Positions 53,678-64,000 of a DNA stretch of 64,000 nucleotides are shown piece by piece. The position numbers and the translations under genes are program-made. The DNA lies in NCBI GenBank assembly GCA_028534125.1, contig CM052817.1:31374001-31438000 (forward strand). Reading direction: 5' to 3'. Numbering within the stretch: the stretch's first letter is position 1; each line of letters begins with the position of its first letter. The notes beneath the pieces were generated by a model, which was given only the letters and a program-made list of their open reading frames with translations, was not told the DNA's origin and ran no database searches. The stretch comes from Lama glama. Taxonomy: Eukaryota.

Positions 53678-53833
53678 GTGGGGAGGGTATATAGCTCAGT
53701 GGTAGAGCATGTGCTTAGCATGCATGAGATCCTGGGTTCAATTCCCAGTACCTTCACTAAAAAAAAAGGGAGATAAACCTAATTACCTCCTCCCCCACCC
53801 CCAAAAAAAGCTTAAAAAAATTTTTTTAAAAAC
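53678..53833 (+). mobile_element. tRNA-derived SINE (Vic-1-like)
   Basis: TAGCTCAGTGGTAGAGC A box, GGTTCAATTCCC B box; TSD TAAGCCAAGGG (53667-77 and 53834-44). Confidence 0.88.
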
Positions 53834-53940
53834 TAAGCCAAGGGATGCATTATTTAAAGTTTTGGAAGACTTCAACTGTCATGTCCTTCTGAAAATAAGT
53901 ACAATACGTAAAATAATCAGCGACCTTGCACCGTACTTAC

Positions 53941-54157
53941 TAAATCCCTGTGAATAAAGCAGTTCCTCTCCAGATACTCCATCCCTTCACAGATATCTTG
54001 GCACATACTCAGCAGCATCTCCTTCCTAAGCTTTCCTTTTCTCTCTCTGAGATAGTCAAGCAGGCAGCCATTTTCCATAAACTCTGTCACAATATACAGG
54101 GGCTTCCGCTGTATACATACTCCATAAAGCTGAACAAGCCGTGAATGAGATAATTTC
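53941..54157 (-). CDS. TXK: TXK exon ([38 protein letters not shown]...[10 protein letters not shown])
   Basis: Thr gatekeeper (VTEFM), Tec-family Cys in ENGCLL, HRD motif; 217 nt; AG/GT boundaries. Confidence 0.97.
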
Positions 54158-54595
54158 CTGTTTAAGAAAAACACAGACCCATGAGCAGAGTCGTCTTTGC
54201 ATTTCAAAGTATTTGGACTCAACTGGTGATGTTTTCCATCCCCACATAACGTTCATCATTGAGCTGTGATTAAAAAATAGCCCATCCACAGAGAAAGGAG
54301 AACAGTTTCCTTTCCACTTTACACCCTGAGAAAGTGGGGTCAAGAGTTCACACAGCGCTTCCTAAGTCATTGTAGATACAGAGCAGTGCATGCCCCATAT
54401 TCTGTTTTGCTCTTTTCTAATTTGTAAGCCTTTTGCTTCCTCATTACTGCTACTTTTTGCCCAGTTTCTGTCCCTTGAGTCTCAACCGTCCCAATTGCAG
54501 TTGCCTAGCAAAAAGTTCTAGACAGACAGGAGGGAGGAAAGAGTGATTGATGCATATTTAAAAAGAAAATTAAATTCTAAAGAATAAAGGCATTT

Positions 54596-55128
54596 ACATC
54601 ATTAAAAAGTCCACAAACAATAAATGCTGGAGAAGGTGTAGAGAAAAGGGAACCCTCCTATACTGCTGGTGGGAATGTAGTTTGGTGCAGCCATTATGGA
54701 AGACAGTACGGAGATTTTTCCAGAAAGTAAAAACAGACTTATCATATGATCTAGCAATCCCACTTCTGGGCATATATCTAGAGGGAACTCTAATTTGAAA
54801 AGATACACGCACCCCAATGTTCACAGTAGCACTATTTACAATAGCCAAGACATGGAAGCAACCTAAATGTCCATCAACAGATGACTGGATAAAGAAGTTG
54901 TGGTATATTTATACAATGGAATACTACTCAGCCATAAAAAGAATAAAATAATGCCATTTGCAGCAACATGGATGGACTTAGAGATTGTCATTCTAAGTGA
55001 AGTAAGACAGAAGGAGAAATAAAAATACCATAGGATATCCTCATATGTGGAATCTAAAAAAAGGAAGAAGACAAAAATGAACTCTACAAAACAGAAATGG
55101 ACTTGCAGACATAGTAAACAATCTCATG
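54596..55128 (+). mobile_element. L1 ORF2-end/3' UTR fragment lacking the terminal tail
   Basis: Clear L1 sequence that stops at ...AAACAATCTCATG without poly(A). Confidence 0.85.
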
Positions 55129-57604
55129 AATTTATAATGTTAAAGCTTCTTTTTCAAAATCTAAAATACTTTAGCATGAAGACATGATGTAGAAATAAGG
55201 AATGAAATGAAATGAGATACAAGTGAAAAATTTTTTAGAGAAATTAAAATTATTTATATATATTTGCTATTATATGTGCAACTAGTTCACATTATCTACT
55301 TATATGCACTGCTACTAATAAGCCACATCCAGAGACACAAACCCTAAACAACTAAAATGAAGGATCCTTTAAAAGCAATGCAGGGTTATAACAATTTAAA
55401 TAAAATGTAATGTTCTAATCAAAACAGCTGAATTCAAGTTGCTGTTTTATCACCCATTGATGCCTGACCAGGGACGACTTACTTTAAACTTCTAAGCCTC
55501 ACTTTTTTTATATGTAAAATGGGGCTAATAGAACCTGTCCTTCTTCCTCCCAGTGAACATTAAATGAGTGCAAGCCCCCAATTTACACTCCAAAATACAG
55601 TGGTTAGGAACATAGTAGAGGTTTCAAGTCACTCCTCTAGGGCACTGGGAAAACTATACAGGATGACAACAGCTTTGGTTAACAGTTATGGCAACTACTA
55701 TAGATCAGGTATACAGCAGTTGCCCAATAAGTATTTGCTGATTATTATATTAGATAGGACGATGGACTTCATGCCCAGACACTGTTTTAATTTCAATTCT
55801 TCATGCCCAATAACCATTTTGATTTCAATTAGAAACTCTTCCAATGTTTTGCTGAGGAACTGTAGGCAAATCATGTAAGTTTTCAAACTTTCTTTTTTAT
55901 CATTTGTAAAATTGGAGTCTTAACAAAACCTACCTCACAGAATCTTGGTAAGGATTCATTAACTCATTCAATAGTCCACAAATATTTTCTGAACACCAAC
56001 TACATGCTAGCCATCACTTTAAGCACTCACCAGGTTGTAGAGAGAGAAAAAGAAGGCTCCATCATTGTGGAGCTTATGTTCTAGTGGGGGAGAAACAAAA
56101 TAAATACACATGAAACTCTGAAATAGTGACGAGTGCTTTGATGGAAATAGAAAAGCATAGGCAGAATAGAAAGCATTGCAGGGCGGTGGCAGGGTTGCTG
56201 CCAATTAAACAGAGTAGTTAGGGGAGATATCCTGGTGGAGGGGACATTTAAATTACACACCTACCAAAATGAAAGTAACATGTACCAAGCTGTATATTCT
56301 TGGCAGATAGAGCTCAATGTGTATCAGCTATTTAATTTTTTAAAGATGACTGTATTTGCAAAATGACATTAGAATGGAATTTTTCCTGTCTCACTTTCAA
56401 AAAAATCAGGGGAAAAAAAAGCTACATTCAAGCCTAAGGACACATTTTATCTGAACTGACTTAAAAATAAGACTTGTAGCCTCATTCCTGCCTCCGTAAA
56501 CTGCCAGGGACTATTTCTCTTCCTCACACTCCATGCATCTTCCATTGCCCTCAAAACATCATCCTCAGAGATCCTGACCCCAGGCCTGAGCCTCAAGGAT
56601 CCCCACATAGTGATGTCAGAGATGTCATTATGGCAGGTTCTCTAGGGGAGCAGTCATTTGTCAGCCACCCATGTAACCAGACAGCAACAACCCAAACATT
56701 CAAATAAAAAGAACTGTAATTTATTAAAAGGGCTCCTAATAAAATATAATGAAATTTGAAGTAAAAGTGATACATTTTTCCTCAAAGTTTAAATTGCCCT
56801 TATGAGATGCATATATTTAAACATCTCAGAAGAGGGATTTAAGCTCTAATTCTTTCATTTTGATAGGGGTTCTAGGATGAATCCAACTTTCCCTTAATCC
56901 CATGTCTCCCTTTCATTCTTCTATTTATTATACCTATTTAATCCAACACACAGGAACGGAATTTTTATCTATCCTTTAGATATAGGAAAACCACGATCTG
57001 ATGCACGTAGTATCAGGGAGCAAAGGCCAGTAGGGTAACCAAGGGGCACAGAAACGTCTTAGGGAAGCTGATGTCACCGGAAAATTGTGCTCATCACTTC
57101 CCTGGAAATTCATTTTACAGTAAGTGGATGGAAAGGACATTCTGATGGGACACTTGGGGTATTGGTTGGGATCCCCAAGAGACATCACTGCTCTGTCTTC
57201 AAATAATGGGTCAAGTTAATCACCCTTAGTTTTGAAGGGGTTGTTTTTGCTTTTTTCAACTAGAGTCTGCAAGTTTGGAACACAACTAAATTGCTTTGGG
57301 TAATAAAACAGGATCTAGGTAATGTCACCTGGAGTTTTCCCTCTTGACCACATTGCTGCTCCTCTAAGTAAACGTTCAACAAATACTTAAAGAATATTGA
57401 TCTGAATTATGCCAAAAGATTGACCTATTCTGGTCCAGCCAAGGTTACTGATGAAAACGCCAACCAAAGGTTCAATTGAGGCAAAATACTACTCCGGGAA
57501 ATCACAGAAGAGCAGTATCCAATGATCTGCAAAGAGCCACTTCTGTCAGAGCTCAGGATTCTTAAATTCTCTGAAAATAAATATTGTATCCTTTTATCAC
57601 TATT

Positions 57605-57922
57605 TAATTTTTTTCATTGAAGTATAGTTGGTTTACGATGTTGGGTTAATTTCTGGTGTACAGTATAATGTTTCAGTTTCAGTTATAGTTCAGTTCAGAC
57701 CTTGTAATTTATCTATTTGATACATAATAGTAGTTAGTATCTGCATATCCTGAACTCTCAATTTTTCCCTCCCCTCCCCACTTCCCCTTTGGCAATCGTA
57801 AGTTTGTTTTCTATGTCTGTGAGTCTGTTTCTGTTTTGTAAATAAGTTCATGTGTGTCATTTTTTTATATTCCACATATAAGTGATATCATATGGTATTT
57901 TTATTTCTCTTTCTGGCTTACT
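57605..57922 (-). mobile_element. L1 3' end
   Basis: Antisense L1 3' UTR; imperfect TSD TATCACT(A/G)TTT. Confidence 0.85.
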
Positions 57923-58293
57923 TTATATCACTGTTTAGACAAAAATCAGTATTTTTGCTTCTGAGAAAAGGAAAAAAATGTGCCTTTTAAGCACCTATTA
58001 TTGAGCTGAAAAGAACATACATGCTTGTCACTTTCATAGATTAATCTTATTCAGTTCACACATTGATCCAGTGGGTTAGGTGTTGTTATCCCCATTTTAC
58101 AGGTGAGGAAATTGAGGCCTGGAAAAGTGAAGTAACACCCAAGCCACACAAAGTTCAAACAATTTGCCCAGGTCACACAACTAGCTTGGGCAGAGTTATG
58201 ACAGAAATCCAGATGTGACTGACTCTAACATCTGTGTTCTTTCCATGACACCAGGACGTTGTGCAACACTTATCTGGGTACCACATATACTTA

Positions 58294-58506
<213 letters not shown>

Positions 58507-59160
58507 TTAAATTTTTAGAGCTAGAAAAGATTTAGGAGTTATCTAGACCTATTCTCCTACAAAGAGGTTTAAAAAAATTTATAAATGAGTGTAAGAGACC
58601 TGTCACCATTTTAAATACCCTCATTGTGACTTTAAAGTGTAATTCCAGAATTCAAGTTTAAAAATACAAACTTTAGTTCCTTGGAGAGAAATTACAGGTA
58701 TCAAAACATGCTTTTTTTCCTGAGATGCCCAGGATGAATCACAGTTCTGTGCCTTTCTAAACTATGCCTACCAAACCTAGACCTGGGACCTACAATATGT
58801 GTGTCCCCAGTCCGTTTATGTCCTGCTGAGTAAACTTGTGACACAGAGAACATTTGGGCTCCCCTGTCTCAGCTTCTTTTATTGTTCCTCTGCCCACTCC
58901 CACCCCTCAAGGGTTTTTCTGCCCTTTCTCCTTTGCAAAAAGTCTAATCAATGTATCTAATAAACATTTCCAATATTAAGGTTCTAATCCATATTTAAAT
59001 GTATGTTTGCAATGAGATTTGCATTACTGAATATTTCTCATTCAACAGATATAAATCAGAAGAAAAAAAAGCAAAAGAAAGAACTGTTTTTAAATTCACC
59101 CTCTGGAAAACTCTTGAAAATCAAATCTTAACTTTTTAAGTATCTCCGTTTATATAGCAA

Positions 59161-59195
59161 CACCACCATCTGCTGGACATTTAGAATAATGCATT
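59161..59195 (-). promoter_or_regulatory. Candidate CTCF site with upstream (ZF9-11) motif
   Basis: Minus strand reads ATGCATTATTC-TAAA-TGTCCAGCAGATGGTGGTG. Confidence 0.55.
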
Positions 59196-59525
59196 TAAAA
59201 GAGTTGTAAGGGCTTATCGTCATTTTTTCCAGCTTTTCTTTCTTCCTTTTTTTAAAAATTTCATTATTTATTTATTTAAATAATTTACTGAGGTGAAGTT
59301 CACAATCTAGAAATTAATCATTTTAAAATAAACAATTCAGTGGCATTCAGTACATTCACAATGTTGTGCAAACACCACCTCTGTCTAGTTCCAAAACATT
59401 CCCATCACCCAAAATAAAATCTCTTACATATCGAGCACTTTCTCTCTTTTGACACCCTCCTCCCAGCCCCTAGTAACCACCAAAATGCATTCTCTTTCTT
59501 TGGATTTATCTGCTCTGGATATTTC

Positions 59526-59810
59526 TTTTTTTTTTTAATTTACATATATATATACTGTTCATTGTTTCCAAGAACAGTTTAGAGCTTTAGCTTTTTAAAC
59601 TTACATAGTTATCAAAGGAATAACGCCAACCACAAAGTAAGAATTAACATAATGCAGTAATCCAATCATAAAGGACAGTCAAATGTGCTTACACACATAC
59701 AAGAAATCAGTTATCTAAGTTATAAATAGTAAGTAGTTCATTTGTGTTCTTTTCTTTAAGATTCCACAAATAAGCGATATCATGTGGCATTTTTCTTTCT
59801 CTTTCTGGCC
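59526..59810 (-). mobile_element. Short L1 with the atypical 3' tail
   Basis: Poly(T) at 59526-36; tail homologous to 521-729; L1 3' UTR at 59735-59810; abuts an older L1M fragment (59270-59525). Confidence 0.8.
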
Positions 59811-60100
59811 TAATAGGTGTGTTTTGAAAGTAACACAGGAGAAAATATACATGACTTTGGGGTGGCATAGATTTATTCAACAAGTTATAACCATAAAGGA
59901 AAATATTGATAAATTATACTTCAAAAAATCCTATTTATTAAATACACCCCGTTAAGGGAATGAAAAAGTAAGCCACAAACTGGGAGAAGATGTTTCTTAC
60001 AACACAAAACCAACAAAGAGTTCCTAGTCGAAATAAGAATAAATCAGTTAGGAAAAGGCAGATAATCCTATTTTTTAAGAGTTAAAAAAAAAAAAACTTG

Positions 60101-60286
60101 GAAAAGAGGGTAGAGTATAGCTCAGTGGTAAAGTATGTGCTTAGCATGCACGAGATCCTGGGTTCAATCCCCAGTACCTCTATTTAAAATACACACACAC
60201 ATATATATACACATACACATATATATATATAATTAAACCTAATTACCTCCCTGCCACAAAAATAATTAATTTTTAAAATAATTTTG
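60101..60286 (+). mobile_element. tRNA-derived SINE with internal (CA/TA)n, nested in an old L1M (~59820-60960)
   Basis: A and B boxes; TSD AAAAAACTTG (60091-60100 and 60287-60296). Confidence 0.85.
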
Positions 60287-61175
60287 AAAAAACTTGAATA
60301 GAGTATTCTCTCACAAAAGAGAATACCTGAATGGCCACTGAACGTATGAAAAGTTGATCAACATAATTAGCCATCAAGGGAAGGCATATTTAAACCAAAA
60401 TGGGATACCACTACACATGTGCCAGACTGGCTCAAATGAAAACCAAAAGCAAAACCAAACCAAACAAAACCCACGAGAATACAACAACTGGCGAGGGCAG
60501 AGGCAGAGCAGCTGGAACTCTCAGGCACTGTTGACTGAAGTGCAATTTCATACAAGCTCTTTAGGAAACTGACTAAATCTGAGCATGTACACACTCTATG
60601 ACCCAGCAATTCTACTTTTAAGTGTATATCCAACATTGTGGGGGCACAAGTGTGTATTACACTTTATCAAACACAAACAAGAATGTTCATAATAATATTA
60701 TTTAGAAGAGCCAAAAAAATTGCTTACAACCAAAACGGCCATCTAAAGAAGGATGGGCAAATCAACTGTGGTGTGGTCATGCAGTGTAGCAGTGAACCAC
60801 AATGCTGATGAACCAGCCACCCCAACACCGTGGGTGAATTCACACTCTGAATGATGAGAGAAAGAAGCCAGGCACAGGTGCACGATGTCTGATTCCACTT
60901 ACATAAAGACGTCAAAACCAGGCAAAATTAATCGGGCTCTAGACTTATGAATTGTGCACTGTTTTGGATGTTAAAAACTTGAAAATTGTATTTTTTCAAT
61001 TAAAGAGGACCATGTTTAACTTAGACAAATTGCTAATGGTAGAATTTTTATTATATGTAGTATTTATGGGGCAGAGAAATAATCTAGGCCCTCATAATAC
61101 TCTGAAATCACATTTCCATCCCAGTTCATAGAAACCCTGATTTCTGGTTAACTATTACACAATAATTGTGTTATC

Positions 61176-61271
61176 TTTTCTCCCCCCACTTAATGGAGGC
61201 ACTGGGGATTGAACCCAGGACCTTATGCATGCCAAGCACACAATATACCACTGAGCTTTATCTCCCCACCC
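61176..61271 (-). mobile_element. tRNA-derived SINE
   Basis: GGGGATTGAACCCAGG (antisense B box), CCACTGAGCT (antisense A box); TSD TGTGTTATC (61167-75 and 61272-80). Confidence 0.85.
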
Positions 61272-61800
61272 TGTGTTATCATTTTTTTTTCAGTATATTT
61301 TGAGTCCCAGTAATGAGAGAAATTTAAGGAAACAGTGTCACCAAATTAGAAAGCAGGATTCTTTGGCTCTGAATTATTTTCACAGATTTGCAATGATCAC
61401 ATTCACTAGAAAATAGTTCAAATCAAACTTTGTCCAAGTTCTACTTGAAAAAGGTAAAGAGGACACATTTTAGTGGTTTTCTTGGGGAGCAGTCATTTGC
61501 CAGTCACCCACATAACCAGGCAGCAAAAACTCACATGTTCAAGTAAAAAGAATTGTAATTTATCAAAAGGATTCCAAATCATGTATAATGAAATTTGAAG
61601 TAAAAGTGAAACATTTTCCCCCTAAATTTAAATATGAGATGCATATATTTAAACATCTCAGACAGGAGATTTAAACTTTGCAAAGAAATGTATCTAGACA
61701 GTCATCTCAAAAGAGTTGAGGCTTTAACGAATGTAGAGGGAACTTGGGGTACACTCTTCACTGTACTTGATGTTCGCTCAGGCACACGTGAATACTTTAC

Positions 61801-61875
61801 CGTAGCTAAAACCAGCTGTGGCTGGCAAACAGCTGCCCATCAGCCCAACGGGGTAGCGGAGACGGGACATGAGCC
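61801..61875 (-). CDS. TXK: TXK exon, SH2 end and SH2-kinase linker (GLMSRLRYPVGLMGSCLPATAGFSY); the gene continues beyond the window
   Basis: cccAG acceptor and GTAAAG donor on -; 75 nt; Tec-family linker GLxxRLRYPV...PATAG. Confidence 0.95.
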
Positions 61876-64000
61876 CTGGGGAGAAAGAGAAGTCAGCCTT
61901 TCAATTCTAGTTACTAAAACAAAAGAAAAACCCAACTATACTAGAAGATAGCAGCGTTCCTTAAATAAATCAGTCAAAGAAGTATTCTACAGTTAGTCTC
62001 TTTGCTCTTTTCCCACTTGAGAAACACTTTACAAAAAATAATATGCTCATTGAACACAAATTAAAGAATCCAAGAAAATAGAAGGATAAAATAAAGAGTC
62101 CCTTATAAAATCTTAGCATCCAGAGATACATTGTTATCATTTTGGTGAACATCTTTGCAAAAATCTCTATATGTTTATTTGAAAGAATAGATGCATACAA
62201 TACATTTCACAGAAATGTAAATGTTTTGCTATAAGCTTTTTACACTCAACATGTAACTGATATATGTCAATGACTATAAATAGAACTTAAAGTTATTTCC
62301 AAGATTTCACTGTTGTAAAATATACTATAAGTTCTTAAATACCCATTTGGATGTGCCTCTCAAATTATTGCCTCAGGACAAATTCCTTAAAATGTATTTT
62401 CCTGATCAAAGGATGTCTATAAGGTTTGTACTAATTTCATTTAACGACCAACAATGTTTAAGTGCACCCATTTGCCCACCCTTCTCTTTGAGAGCAGTTT
62501 TTTTTAATAGTATGGTAAATGCTTTAAATCTTTTAATCTTTTGATTGGGACAACATGTAGTAGTCTATATAGTCAATTTCAGTTTTGTTCAACAAGCCTT
62601 GAGTATTTCTTCAACTAATATTTATTGAAAGCCTGCTTTGTGCCAAGCATTATCTAGATGGCAGGAAACAGCAGTGAGTAAGACAGTGATGGTCCCTACT
62701 CTCATGGAGTATATATTCCAGTGGAGAAAGAGAAAATAAAGAAGGACATGCACACACAAGGAAAAGCAGAAGATGATGAGTGTGAGCAAAGTATATAAAA
62801 TAGAGCTTATTTAGAACAAGTGCTCACAGAAGACCTTTCTGACAAGATGACAGCTATGCTGACATTGATTGACAAGGAGCCATCCGACAAAGATCAGGAG
62901 GAAAAGCATTCCAAGCAGGTGGAACCACATGTGCAAAGGCTGGAAGACAGAAACAAGCCTGGCCGGTATAAGAACAGAAAGGAGCATAATTAAGTGCCCA
63001 TTGTGAGCAAGATGCTCTTCTAGGTTGATCCCAAAGATTCCAGAGGACCAAAGATGAGGAAAAAGAGGACTCTGCCCACCGGGGCTCCACCTCAGTGAGG
63101 AAAGACAGGCAGAGAGAGGCAGATCATTTCAATATAAATGGAGTAAGTCCTGTGATGGTGACCACAAGGTGCTCTGGGGCACAAGAACTCAAATAAGGAG
63201 TGGTTTGTTCAGATTTACATTTTTGGTAGATCATTCTGGAATCAGTATGAATGATGGATTGAGAGGAAGTCAACATCAGAGAAGACAAGACTGGTTAAGA
63301 GGCCACTGCAATTGTCCAGGTGAGCAATTATTAGGGGGGCACCAGTAGGCAGCGAGAGGCAGGGACCTACATGAGACATATTTAAGATATGAAATTAATT
63401 GCACTTGATTATTAATCAGAAGTTATCCATTAAGAGGAATGGAAGCATCTATTGTGATTCCCATGTTGCCAGCTCCTGTATGATTACCTGCGACAGACAA
63501 CAGGAAGGGTAGGTTTAGAAGGAAAGCCATGGTATTTATTAGATGAAGAGTTTCATTTCATCATTGAAGTTCATGACCTTTGGGACTGCAGGGTCTGTGT
63601 CTACCAGGCAGAAGAATTATGCAAAGAGATATGTCTAGGGTGAAAAGAGAAGTGATAAGGGATGGATGCCTGAGGAACACCAATGTTTAAGCAAGAGTAG
63701 AAGCAGGACCCATTGGTAAGACCCATGAGGAATGATCTGAGTTAGAGAACCAGAAAGGGTGGTGTCAAACATCTAGGGAGCAGGGAAGTTCAAGAGATGT
63801 CACTGCCAAAAGTAGCAGAGAGTACCTGCAAGTGTGAGAAGCAGAAAGCATCACTATATGGGGGTCATTGGTAAAACACAGAGCAATGGAGGCAGAAGCC
63901 AGATGGCAGGTGTTTCAAAAACAAATGGAAAGTGAGGAAGTGAAGAGAGTGCATGTGGACACATTTTTCCAAAAGTGTGATTTAAAAGAGCAATGTCTGA

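Noticed and set aside
53685..53750. tRNA-like sequences (also at 12061, 30123, 60101 and 61176)
   Set aside because: They have SINE tails and TSDs and degenerate stems, so they are SINEs rather than tRNA genes.
54040..54100. Cys in ENGCLL and Thr gatekeeper of the kinase
   Set aside because: Well-known Tec-family features (covalent-inhibitor Cys); not novel.
55128..55250. Possible second atypical L1 tail after the 54596-55128 fragment
   Set aside because: No poly(A), no convincing TSD and no second copy in the window; a later deletion is the simpler explanation.

Overview
Mammalian genomic DNA, most likely camelid (alpaca/camel), judging by five short tRNA-derived SINEs and the L1 3' ends. 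The window holds the complete six-exon NIPAL1 gene on + (CDS 6703-26629, 413 aa), starting in a CpG island that is probably shared head-to-head with CNGA1. It also holds the last seven coding exons of the Tec-family kinase TXK on - (61875 down to the stop at 44931). The two genes converge across about 13 kb rich in solo LTRs and DNA-transposon fossils. There is a 500-N assembly gap at 1609-2108. All 13 exons have GT-AG boundaries and consistent phases; most entries in the ORF track are spurious. I found no new protein-coding system. The most notable observations are: (1) two L1 copies 59 kb apart that share a non-standard ~200 bp 3' tail, one also showing a twin-priming inversion and a 3' transduction; (2) an unexplained ~200 bp duplication across two TXK introns with an invariant hairpin; (3) an upstream ATG plus splice donor in NIPAL1 exon 1 that could act as a uORF or an alternative in-frame N-terminus. 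Repeat family names come from my recall of consensus sequences, not from a database search.
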